Source: an uncultured Desulfosarcina sp. (GTDB lineage Bacteria; Desulfobacterota; Desulfobacteria; Desulfobacterales; Desulfosarcinaceae). Taken from it: a stretch of DNA of 64,000 nt. The position numbers and the translations under genes are program-made. The notes beneath the pieces are model-generated. The model was not told where the DNA came from. It worked only from the letters and a program-made list of their open reading frames with translations, and made no database searches. The stretch lies in NCBI GenBank assembly GCA_963674945.2, contig CAXXWQ010000001.1, positions 96,001 to 160,000 of the forward strand, in the 5' to 3' direction. Positions 10,710 through 19,602 of this stretch are shown piece by piece (position 1 is the stretch's first letter; each line of letters opens with the position of its first letter).

Positions 10710-12166
10710 AATCCCTGATCAACATATTGTGCCATTGGCGCAACGCGGCATCAATCCAGGAGGTGGAAATGACCTGCAGTGAAAGTGCTGTTTCTTACGG
10801 ATATCGAGTTCAATGTACCCCGATACATCGTCAGGTGAGTGTAAAAAAACAGGATCATCAAACATCGAAAAGAGAACTGAAAATTATGTGGATACTGATT
10901 GTAACCATGATCTGGATTATCTGCATGCCATTTCCGGCCACAGCCGGAGGGATATTTGTCAACAGTCAGCAGAGCGCCGAATACATAAGGCTCTTCAACC
11001 GCAACGCCGCAACGGACAATGCCGACATTGCCTATTATAACATGGCGGGACTGACCAGGATGGAAGACGGTCAGTACGTAAATGGCAGCAATATGTTCTT
11101 TTTTCAAAAAGCAACGGTTGAGACCCATAACAACGCAATCCTGGGTGACCGGGAATATGTGTCCGACAACCCGTTCCTTCTCTTTCCCAATTTCTACTAT
11201 GTCTATAAAAAGGCGGACTGGGCTGCATTTTGTGCATACCAGACCATCGGCGCAACAGCGGTCAGGGAATGGGAGGATGGTCTGCCCACCCTTGACCTTT
11301 TGGGGGCATTATTTTTGGGTGGCCAGGTCGAATCGTATCTGAAAGGCGAGTCAGCCTACTACTGTTTGCGGATCGGCGGGGCGAAGGAGATCAACAACAT
11401 CTTTTCAGTGGGTTTATCCGGAAGATATGTCTACACGACCCAGAAAGTGAAAGGAAGGGTAAGCAGCAGCGTTTCGGAGGACCTGGTCATTGATGCGGAG
11501 GATGAGGGAGACGGTCTGTCCTTCTCACTCAATGTCAATATCACTCCCAATCCGGAATGGAACATCGGTATCACCTATGAACACACAACCGAGATTGAGC
11601 TGGAAACATCCGTGAACAGCGAAGACAATGAAGAAGACATATTAAGACCATTGCTTGGCTTTGTCGTTTTTGAAGACGGGCGCAAGTCCAGACTAGACCT
11701 GCCCCAAATTCTGCGCACCGGCGTTTCCTACCATATCACGCCACGTTTGCGGACAGAAGTCTCCTTCAATATTTATTTTGAAGACCATGTCAACTTCAGT
11801 TATCTTGGGGATTCATACAAAGAAGATTATGGGAATACATACGAACTGGGGGGATGCATTGAATATACGGTTTCCGACAGACTGAAGATCAGTGCGGGAA
11901 CATTGTATAACTGGATCGGCCAGGATGAGAATTCCACCACCGACATCAGCGTACCCGGCGGACACTCGGATTACATTACCTTTGCCGGAGGATTCCAGTA
12001 TGGAATTACCGAGAACTTACTGCTTAACACCGGCGTCTGTTATACGGGATTTATAGACACCTATGAGGCCAAGGATGAATACGCAGATATGGTATCACCG
12101 GGTGCAACGCTGGAATACAATAAGCAGTATATCGTTATCGCACTGGGGGCGCAGTACAGGTTCTGA
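10706..12166 (+). CDS. FadL/OmpP1-type outer-membrane transporter (true start probably ATG 10886)
   Basis: Signal peptide; N.QQSAEYIR..NRNAATD.AD..YYN.AGL; alternating beta-strand pattern; C-terminal YRF. Confidence 0.75.
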   Translation: MKSLINILCHWRNAASIQEVEMTCSESAVSYGYRVQCTPIHRQVSVKKQDHQTSKRELKIMWILIVTMIWIICMPFPATAGGIFVNSQQSAEYIRLFNRNAATDNADIAYYNMAGLTRMEDGQYVNGSNMFFFQKATVETHNNAILGDREYVSDNPFLLFPNFYYVYKKADWAAFCAYQTIGATAVREWEDGLPTLDLLGALFLGGQVESYLKGESAYYCLRIGGAKEINNIFSVGLSGRYVYTTQKVKGRVSSSVSEDLVIDAEDEGDGLSFSLNVNITPNPEWNIGITYEHTTEIELETSVNSEDNEEDILRPLLGFVVFEDGRKSRLDLPQILRTGVSYHITPRLRTEVSFNIYFEDHVNFSYLGDSYKEDYGNTYELGGCIEYTVSDRLKISAGTLYNWIGQDENSTTDISVPGGHSDYITFAGGFQYGITENLLLNTGVCYTGFIDTYEAKDEYADMVSPGATLEYNKQYIVIALGAQYRF

Positions 12167-12205
12167 TTTTTATGGAAAAGTGCTTCAATCTTTCAAACCA
12201 TGGGA

Positions 12206-13981
12206 CTATGGGTAGGTCCTGGGTGGATCGTCGAAGAAAAGATTTTCCAGTTTTTCGCACCATTGACGGTATCGGCCGGCAAGGTCCTGCTTAACGTCAT
12301 CGGGGAAACGATTCAGTCGCCTGTGTATGCGGGTAAGGGCCCGTTCGCATTGACTGCCCATCTTTGCCAAATGCCGAAACGCCTCCTGGGGCGCCTTCGT
12401 TCCACCCTGCCGGCAAAAGGCCAACCCACGTGACAAATCGTCGTAGACCCGTTCCATTTCCATGGCCAGTCCCTCCGCCTTGAGCGTTTGCCGGGTTATG
12501 TTGCGAAAATGGTGTCCCTGGATGGCCATGCGAACGGCTTCGGCAAATACATGCCGGTTCTTGAAGAGGTTCCTGAACAAAAATCCGAGATAGCGGTGAC
12601 CGTAGCCACTGAAGGTTTGCCGGATCAATGAGCGAAACAGCATGACCGTTTCCGACCAGCCGATGGGCCGTTGAAATCCATCCGTCCGTTCCATTCGGTC
12701 CATGAGACGGTTGCAGCGGCCGAAATAGGCGATCATGCCATCGTCGTAGAGGGCGGTAAGAATCTTTCGATATCCCTTTTTGAGTTGGTCCTCGGGCATG
12801 CGTGTCTTGAAATTGGTGGTCATCTGGTGGGTGTTGTTACCGATGCTGTCCCCCACAAGGCGGCCTTCTTCTTTCAGCCGGTGATGCAAGGCCGTTCCCG
12901 GAAGGGCGCTCAAGACCCCCACCATGGCCTTGGGAATTCCGGCCTGTTGAATGAAGGCGATCTGCCGGTCGAAGATGTCCGCCGTGTCGCTGTCGAACCC
13001 CAGGATAAAGCCGGCGGTGACTTCCATGCCCTTTTTCTGGATGCGAAGAACGGATTCCTGAAGATCCATTTTCAGGTTCTGCAGCTTGCCGGTCTCTTTC
13101 AGCGAAGCGGCAGACGGGGTCTCGATGCCGACAAACACCTCATTGAAACCCGCATCGACCATGAGGTCGAGCAATTCATCGTCACCGGCCAGATCGACAC
13201 TGGCCTCGGTGAAGAACTGAAAGGGTCGATTCCGCCGGCGCTGCCAGTCGATCAATCGCGGCAGCAGTTCGCCCTTGACCCGTTTGCGGTTGCCGATGAA
13301 ATTGTCGTCCACTACGAAGACGGCGCCTTTCCACCCCAGACGATACAAACTGTCGAGTTCGCCAACGATTTGTTCTGCCGTCTTGACCCGCGGCCGATTG
13401 CCATACATCTGCCAGATGTCGCAAAATTCGCATCGAAACGGACACCCCCGGGAATATTGGATGGTCATGGAGGCATAGGCGGCAAGGTCCAGCAGTTCGA
13501 ACCGGGGCCGTGGCGACCGGGCCAGGTCCGGTAGACCCGCCGGGGACAAACGGGGTGGGGCGCATCCTTTTTCCAGGTTTCGGAAAAAGGTGCCGAACGT
13601 CTCCTCCACCTCTCCGGCGAGCACATGATCGACCCCCGCCATCTCTTGCGGACATGCGGTCGGGTAGGGGCCTCCCGCCACCACCGTTCGATTCAGCCGG
13701 TTGCAGGCCGACACCACCTCGTGAAATGAATCCTTCTGCACGATCATGGCCGTCACCATCACCGCGTCTGCCCATAGCAGATCCGCATCGGTCAGGGGAT
13801 TGATGTTCAGATCGACCAGTTTCAGGCGACAGCGGTCGGGAAACAGAGCGGCCAGGGTGATGAGTCCCAACGGCGGCATGGCACTTTTTTTTCCGATGAT
13901 TTTCAGGCTGTAATGAAAACTCCAGAAGGTATGTTTCGGGACTTTGGGATAAACCAGCAACACCTTGTTTATGGCAGGCAT
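12206..13981 (-). CDS. B12-binding radical SAM protein (HpnP-like architecture with DUF4070-type tail), putative methyltransferase
   Basis: LLVYP...TFWSF...PPLGL B12 domain; SRGCPFRCEFC; VDDNFIG; AAGGAGG RBS before ATG 13981. Confidence 0.85.
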   Translation of the reverse strand: MPAINKVLLVYPKVPKHTFWSFHYSLKIIGKKSAMPPLGLITLAALFPDRCRLKLVDLNINPLTDADLLWADAVMVTAMIVQKDSFHEVVSACNRLNRTVVAGGPYPTACPQEMAGVDHVLAGEVEETFGTFFRNLEKGCAPPRLSPAGLPDLARSPRPRFELLDLAAYASMTIQYSRGCPFRCEFCDIWQMYGNRPRVKTAEQIVGELDSLYRLGWKGAVFVVDDNFIGNRKRVKGELLPRLIDWQRRRNRPFQFFTEASVDLAGDDELLDLMVDAGFNEVFVGIETPSAASLKETGKLQNLKMDLQESVLRIQKKGMEVTAGFILGFDSDTADIFDRQIAFIQQAGIPKAMVGVLSALPGTALHHRLKEEGRLVGDSIGNNTHQMTTNFKTRMPEDQLKKGYRKILTALYDDGMIAYFGRCNRLMDRMERTDGFQRPIGWSETVMLFRSLIRQTFSGYGHRYLGFLFRNLFKNRHVFAEAVRMAIQGHHFRNITRQTLKAEGLAMEMERVYDDLSRGLAFCRQGGTKAPQEAFRHLAKMGSQCERALTRIHRRLNRFPDDVKQDLAGRYRQWCEKLENLFFDDPPRTYP

Positions 13982-14255
13982 GGACAGCCTCCTTGACGGA
14001 CATCCCATAAAGATTGGATTGGAAGTGATGTTTTCTATTCATGTGGGCCAAGCTGATTTACCATAGATCAACCCCATGACGGCATAAAGCGCTATCTTGG
14101 AATTGACAAAAGTTTTACATTGCCCATTTTGCGATTTCGTTTTCAACCGGTTCGGTTCCGGTGAGAATTAGATGAGCGCATTTTTACCATTAAGAAAATT
14201 TGAAACGCACAGTCACGGTTTGATATCCATCATCTTCCCATCAGGCAATCCAATC

Positions 14256-14283
14256 CTGACGGCCCGCTAGTGCCGGGCTAACA
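14256..14283 (+). promoter_or_regulatory. Degenerate CTAACA repeats at 11-bp period (Pho-box-like)
   Basis: ctgacg 14256, ctagtg 14267, ctaaca 14278. Confidence 0.3.
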
Positions 14284-14323
14284 AAACGGCGATAGGTTGC
14301 AATGGACAGGGAAAGGAGGTGCC

Positions 14324-14617
14324 TTGGGTTCGATGGTCACCGGCCTGCGTTGTCCGCGATGTTCTGCCGACGCGCTATACAGTTATGGGCGTATCAAAAA
14401 CGGAAAGCAGCGGTACCTCTGTCTGGTGTGCAACCGTCAATTCGTCCCCGATGCAACCTTTCGTGCGGTGATGAAAGACCGCCCCACGTGCCCCTTATGC
14501 GGGTCAAAGATGCATATCTACCGGCGTGAGGCCGAACAGATCCGGTTTCGATGCGCCAACTATCCGGATTGCAGGGGGTACGGGAAATGGAAAAAGCGAA
14601 ATCGTGATGGCAACTGA
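14324..14617 (+). CDS. Small double zinc-ribbon protein (IS1 InsA-like ribbon plus topoisomerase C4-like ribbon)
   Basis: CPRC...YGRIKNGKQRYLCLVCNRQF followed by CPLCGSKM...FRCANYPDC; AAGGAGG RBS before TTG 14324. Confidence 0.75.
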   Translation: MGSMVTGLRCPRCSADALYSYGRIKNGKQRYLCLVCNRQFVPDATFRAVMKDRPTCPLCGSKMHIYRREAEQIRFRCANYPDCRGYGKWKKRNRDGN

Positions 14618-14630
14618 GGCAAAGCATCCG

Positions 14631-17600
14631 TCAGTTTGCGAGCATGGCGGTCAGATTGGCCCACAGCACCCGAAGTTTCAGACCGATGGGGGGCTTTGGT
14701 CCTCTCTCCTCTTCCTGCCTGATGGCGAACTGAATTTCCGGCGCTTTCGTCGAAACCCGATTGCCGGCGAATACACTTACGATGGTGGCATAATACCGCC
14801 GCCCTTTAATGAACGGCAGATGGGGTGCGTATCGTTCGACGCGAAGCTGATTGCCCACCGCAGGATAAACGGCTTCGTAATCACCGGGACGGATACCGCA
14901 GAGAATGCGGTAATGGGCCTGCGGGTCGCGATTGTTGTCCCAGCTGAATTGCACCGAGCCGTCCTGGTAGGCGGCGACCAGACCACCGGGTGGCTGGAGG
15001 CGTTGAAACTGCTCTGGCCGGTGCGGATGATCGCTCGCGGAAATCACCAGGGGTGGATTGGAAAATGCCGCAAGATTCCGACGGATGGACGCGGGCATCT
15101 TTTTTCCCGGGAAGAAGGCCAGCATGAGGGAAAAGGTTTGTTGGACGCCGTTGTAGGTGGGGCCCGAACTGGCATACTGCTCACCTGTCATCGCGGTGAT
15201 CTCGAATCCGTTGCCGTTTCCATGGCCAGGATGGGCATATTGCCGACCGTGATAGGTCCCGAAGGGGTTGATGTGCACGGCAAAGGTCTGGTTCTCGTTG
15301 CGATACAGCAGTTTCAACGGTGCAAAGGCGAAGTTGGCCTGCAGGCTATTGTCCATGGCCACGGCCATGGCGCGGTTGCCTGCACAGACGCCCATATAGG
15401 ATGCGGTGATATGATTGTTGACATCGTCGAGATTCAAATTGCGGTCGCCGTGACGGAAGTAATCGAGAGCATAGGACGTAGCGACCCCCAGATAGTTTTC
15501 TTTCATGATTCGAACCGGATCGGTTCTCGTCGTTTCCGGTGCAAAGCGTATCTCCGCAGGCGCCACCCCCTGCCAGTTGAGATCGGCCCTTCGCTTGAGA
15601 CCGGCAGTGCCGACCTTGAGGAAATCGGCCGTTATCGTCGTCGGGTATCGCACGGTGCCCTGGAGGATGAGGCAGGGCAAATCATCCACCAGGGTCAACC
15701 GGTAATCGAACCAGCCGTTGCTTCGGGTCTGCCCGGCAGGGCCCGGAAAGGATCCGCTCATTCGAAGCGCGGTCGGAGAACTTTTGTCTTTTTTCATCAT
15801 CAGGCGGATCTCGGGCCGCGCCGGGTAGACTTTCCCCTTCCAACGGACATAGGGTACAAGGCTGCCTTCCAGGGTCTGCCGGATGCCGTCCAGATAGATG
15901 CCGTCGATGCGATCGTCGTCAAATCGGATGGAAAGGTGCCGGTTGGCCAATTCCTTTCGGACCACTTGGCCCGGATTGTGGTGGATTTTTGTATTGCGTG
16001 CACGATCCGGGATTTCGGCCTGATAGATACGATAAATACCATCGGTGAGTTCTTCCGGCCGATCCACGGACAAGAGCATCGGCGAATCCTCCCGACCATC
16101 CGCAGCATCGGCCAAATGGGTTGCGGTCAACAGATGCCCGTCGGCACCCGCCAGAACCAGCGGCCCTTTTTCTTCATAACCGGCCGGACGCGGAATCTTC
16201 AGGAAACGACTTGGTGGAGCGGTCTTTTTTGAATCACCGGACAACACCAGAACCGTATCCAGGGGTAATGGGGAGGGATCGCTTGCAGTTTTCAACGGCA
16301 TGTGCGGAAGATGCTGCCGGAGTCCATCGGACAGCAACTGCGCAAGGTTGTCCGAATAGGCGTCGAGGTCATTCATGAGCCGGGCCATGGCCTGCTCGCG
16401 CTGTCGGGCCACATAGGGCGTCGCCATGCCGAAATGGGTCGTGGACAGGGCGCGCAGACGCGTCAGTCTGGCGAAATGGATGAGATTGTCCAACTTCGTC
16501 ACATCCAGATTCTCTTTTACCATCTGTCTGGCCCGGACGGCCGCGTTGCACACCCGTCGGCTGCGGGCGATGACCGTCCAGTAGGACGAAGTTTCCGCTT
16601 TTTCCGCCCACGAGTTGTAGCCATCGTAACTGCCGTCGGCGGTATCCTGGCTGAAAGAGAAGGTCCCCACCGGCGGGTGTTGGTCCAGGTATGCACCAAG
16701 GGTGGTAAACTGAACGTGGTCGAGGTCTTTCACCTCGTCGATCAATGCGCCGAGGCCATTGGTACTCGGCAGCCATTCCAGCGGCCAGGGCAGGTCGATG
16801 CCGTTCCATAACTCCGAATCTGCGTCGAAATTGATAAAGATCAAGGCATCCGTCATAAGCCGGCCGGTGTTCTGCAGATGGCGCAGATCACAGACCCAAT
16901 TGGCCAGGCTGACATGCTCCACCAGGTCGCCAATATGGTAGGTGGGAATGACCACCATCTCCTCGCCGGTTTCCGGATGGCGGTAAAGGATGGGGTTGTG
17001 GGCCTCTTCCCTGGTCAATGGGCGGCAAAAGACGCTGAAGGCATCGAAGGGCGTCGCGCTATAGTAAAGGGACACCGCCTTGATCCCGTATTTTTTGTAT
17101 ACGGAAAAGCTGCCGGGGGTGGTCATCATCTCCTGGGGCCGAACGATGGGGGTATAGGTGCCGAAGAGATCCTTCACCCCGCTTTGCCAGGGATTGGTGA
17201 TGGACCAGCGAACGGCATCATCCAGTTCATCATGGGTCATGGCCGATACCAGACCGTTGTTGTATGACATCAGGATGACCTCGTCTCCCCATTGATGGAC
17301 GCGCCGCCGGATATCCGCGATGATATCCGGCGCATGGCGGGGCAAAATCTCCTGCAGCGAAAACAGATTGTCAAAATCCCATATCCCCCTGACGGGAATC
17401 CCGGCGGCATTGAACCGGTCCAGTGTCCGGATCGTATGGCGGATGATTCGAATATCCTTGCCGAATCCGCTCTCATCCATGGTGTCGTTGCGAAACGAGT
17501 GGTAGAGATTGACATGGAAGCCGAAGGCGATGAAAATCCGGTGTTTCGATGGGGACGGATGGTCACCGGTGCCGGCCAGGACCAATAGTATGGGAAAGGC

Positions 17601-17666
17601 CGTGGCGACAAGGAGTACGCATATAGCAAGCCGTCTGCGCCTGAATAATTGTAAAATCGCCATCAT
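14631..17666 (-). CDS. Large exported protein with GH57/GH38-like (NodB-like barrel) N-terminus and FnIII-like C-terminal domain
   Basis: N-terminal signal/TM segment; GFHVNLYHS, RPQEM, NFDADSE, FTTLGAYL and YNSWAE motifs; C-terminal PPGGL...FSW...YRI...YYATIVS. Confidence 0.6.
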   Translation of the reverse strand: MMAILQLFRRRRLAICVLLVATAFPILLVLAGTGDHPSPSKHRIFIAFGFHVNLYHSFRNDTMDESGFGKDIRIIRHTIRTLDRFNAAGIPVRGIWDFDNLFSLQEILPRHAPDIIADIRRRVHQWGDEVILMSYNNGLVSAMTHDELDDAVRWSITNPWQSGVKDLFGTYTPIVRPQEMMTTPGSFSVYKKYGIKAVSLYYSATPFDAFSVFCRPLTREEAHNPILYRHPETGEEMVVIPTYHIGDLVEHVSLANWVCDLRHLQNTGRLMTDALIFINFDADSELWNGIDLPWPLEWLPSTNGLGALIDEVKDLDHVQFTTLGAYLDQHPPVGTFSFSQDTADGSYDGYNSWAEKAETSSYWTVIARSRRVCNAAVRARQMVKENLDVTKLDNLIHFARLTRLRALSTTHFGMATPYVARQREQAMARLMNDLDAYSDNLAQLLSDGLRQHLPHMPLKTASDPSPLPLDTVLVLSGDSKKTAPPSRFLKIPRPAGYEEKGPLVLAGADGHLLTATHLADAADGREDSPMLLSVDRPEELTDGIYRIYQAEIPDRARNTKIHHNPGQVVRKELANRHLSIRFDDDRIDGIYLDGIRQTLEGSLVPYVRWKGKVYPARPEIRLMMKKDKSSPTALRMSGSFPGPAGQTRSNGWFDYRLTLVDDLPCLILQGTVRYPTTITADFLKVGTAGLKRRADLNWQGVAPAEIRFAPETTRTDPVRIMKENYLGVATSYALDYFRHGDRNLNLDDVNNHITASYMGVCAGNRAMAVAMDNSLQANFAFAPLKLLYRNENQTFAVHINPFGTYHGRQYAHPGHGNGNGFEITAMTGEQYASSGPTYNGVQQTFSLMLAFFPGKKMPASIRRNLAAFSNPPLVISASDHPHRPEQFQRLQPPGGLVAAYQDGSVQFSWDNNRDPQAHYRILCGIRPGDYEAVYPAVGNQLRVERYAPHLPFIKGRRYYATIVSVFAGNRVSTKAPEIQFAIRQEEERGPKPPIGLKLRVLWANLTAMLAN

Positions 17667-17768
17667 CGCTGATTTTGCCTCTTTCCGATGTTCCCTTCTT
17701 TTGTGCCAGTAAAATAGCAGCGATCAACAATTGTCTCCTGAGACCAGCGATACGACGCTAATTTTTAC

Positions 17769-17796
17769 CTAACAAACTTCTAACACAAACCTAACA
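17769..17796. promoter_or_regulatory. Three perfect CTAACA hexamers at 11-bp period (PhoB/PhoP-type box)
   Basis: CTAACA at 17769, 17780 and 17791. Confidence 0.6.
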
Positions 17797-17869
17797 CTCA
17801 TATGGGATGAAAACAACGAAAGCGTAAGAGGTTTCGCCATTACTTTCCCTACTTCTATCCCCTGTGCTG

Positions 17870-17908
17870 CTAACAGAAAACAAACATCGGTCTCATCCGC
17901 CCCTAATC
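17870..17908 (+). promoter_or_regulatory. Four degenerate CTAACA hexamers at 11-bp period
   Basis: ctaaca 17870, caaaca 17881, ctcatc 17892, ctaatc 17903. Confidence 0.5.
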
Positions 17909-17967
17909 TTCATTTTCTATATTTTGATTGTCTTTATGTTGATGAACTCGTAAAAAGTAGGATTTCG

Positions 17968-18091
17968 GGCGGTTTCGTAAAAAGTTCGAGATCAAGGCTT
18001 GCAAGTCCCGAGGAATGAGGCGTACATGTAGTACTCCGCAGTGACGAGGGGTGAAGCGTAACGCCGATATCGGACTTTTTACGAAATCGTC
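17968..18091. repeat. MITE/REP-like palindromic element, copy 1 (extra left end at 17939-17958)
   Basis: Ends GGCGGTTTCGTAAAAAGTTCGAGATC and GATATCGGACTTTTTACGAAATCGTC; interior is similar to 30367-30512. Confidence 0.85.
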
Positions 18092-18125
18092 AATAATTGA
18101 AAAGAAGAGAGACAGTCAATCCACT

Positions 18126-19472
18126 ATGATACGCTACGCCAAGCAATCCTCCATCGGCACCGCACTGCAGTCCATCAAGAAATTCGGCCGTAATCGCATT
18201 CCCGGCCAGGTGGTCATCCAGACCACCAACCGCTGCAACGCCCGATGCCCCCAGTGCGGCATGCGGAAAAGTGCCGACATCCCACGCACATCCCTTGGCG
18301 ACGAAACCGTGATCCGGATTCTGGATGCCTGTGTCGAGCGCGGCGTGCAGGCGGTTTCGTTTACCGGCGGCGAGCCTCTGCTGATGTTCGCGCGCCTCAT
18401 CGAATGGATCGACTATGCCGGCAAGGTCGGGATACAATTCATCCGAACCGGCACCAACGGCTTCGTTTTCTGTAATTCAGACCGTCCCGGTTTCACGGAT
18501 CGCATCAAACGGATGGCCGAGCGTCTGGCATCCACCCCGCTCAGAAATTTCTGGATCAGCCTGGATTCTCACATCCCCGAGGTCCATGAGCAGATGAGGG
18601 GACTTTCCGGCGTCGTCCGGGGGATTGAAAAGGCGCTGCCCATTTTTCATGCGGCAGGGCTTTATCCGTCGGCCAATCTGGGGATCAATCGGCTCGTCGG
18701 GGGGGAACGGACCAGAGAGCCTCTGGCACAGTACGGCTCGCAGCGCCAGTTGTATCTGGAAGCATTTCAAGCCCGATTCGCCGAAGCGCTGGACCAGTTT
18801 TTCCGGTTCGTGAACGACCTGGGTTTTACCATCGTCAACACATGCTATCCCATGAGCATTGGCGAAGAAGAGAAAAACACAGGACTGACCGCCGTCTACT
18901 CGGCCACTGCAACAGATGATATCGTCCGGTTTGCCGACGATGAGAAAGCCATACTTTTCAAGGCACTACTGGATACCGTCCCACGCCATCGCGACCGTTT
19001 ACGAATTTTCTCTCCGTTAAGCTCGGTATATATGCTCTACCGTACTTACAGCAAAGGGCAGAAATCCGTACCTGCCTCTGGATGCCGGGGCGGCGTGGAT
19101 TTCTTCTTCATCGATGCCAACGGTGGTGACACCTACCCATGCGGTTACCGGGGAGATGAAAATCTGGGAAAATTCTGGGATCTGGACTTGAACCAACGGC
19201 GTCCAGAACAGAATTGCCTTCGATGCGATTGGGAATGCTTTCGCGATCCCTCGGAGATGTGTGCGCCATTTCTGCAGGGACTGCATGAACCCGCCAAGAT
19301 GATCCGCAAGATGACAGGCGACCCCATTTACCGGCGGCTTTGGTTGAGCGATATACGATACTACCGTTTCTGCGACTTTTTCGATGGCCGCCGCCCTGCC
19401 GGCACCAGAGAACTGCATCGTTTTTCCACCCCATCTTCATCAAAAACTATTACTTCGCTAACACCCGCCTAA
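18126..19472 (+). CDS. Radical SAM protein with SPASM/twitch-like C-terminus
   Basis: CNARCPQC, FTGGEPL, GTNG; CRGG...YPCGYR...CLRCDWEC. The upstream extension in the ORF track derives from the repeat element. Confidence 0.85.
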   Translation: MIRYAKQSSIGTALQSIKKFGRNRIPGQVVIQTTNRCNARCPQCGMRKSADIPRTSLGDETVIRILDACVERGVQAVSFTGGEPLLMFARLIEWIDYAGKVGIQFIRTGTNGFVFCNSDRPGFTDRIKRMAERLASTPLRNFWISLDSHIPEVHEQMRGLSGVVRGIEKALPIFHAAGLYPSANLGINRLVGGERTREPLAQYGSQRQLYLEAFQARFAEALDQFFRFVNDLGFTIVNTCYPMSIGEEEKNTGLTAVYSATATDDIVRFADDEKAILFKALLDTVPRHRDRLRIFSPLSSVYMLYRTYSKGQKSVPASGCRGGVDFFFIDANGGDTYPCGYRGDENLGKFWDLDLNQRRPEQNCLRCDWECFRDPSEMCAPFLQGLHEPAKMIRKMTGDPIYRRLWLSDIRYYRFCDFFDGRRPAGTRELHRFSTPSSSKTITSLTPA

Positions 19473-19474
19473 TT
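19447..19474 (+). promoter_or_regulatory. Three degenerate CTAACA hexamers at 11-bp period
   Basis: ctatta 19447, ctaaca 19458, ctaatt 19469; upstream of the PHP-GT4 gene. Confidence 0.45.
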
Positions 19475-19602
19475 CTTCAATAGTTATAAGTAGACCAATT
19501 TATTTTGGCCTGAAATTAGGTTTAACGATGATGCTGATCATCGTTGAGATGGTTAACACAACTCAACAAATATTTCCCAAGTCCCAAGAAGAAAAGGGGG
19601 AT

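Noticed and set aside
14526..16232. 568-aa plus-strand ORF, and similar long ORFs at 32647-33963, 37606-38865 and 43837-44850
   Set aside because: These are antisense shadows of well-supported genes in GC-rich DNA and show no recognisable motifs.
18051..18125. N-terminal extension of the radical SAM ORF
   Set aside because: The GTG start lies inside the repeat element; ATG 18126 is more plausible.
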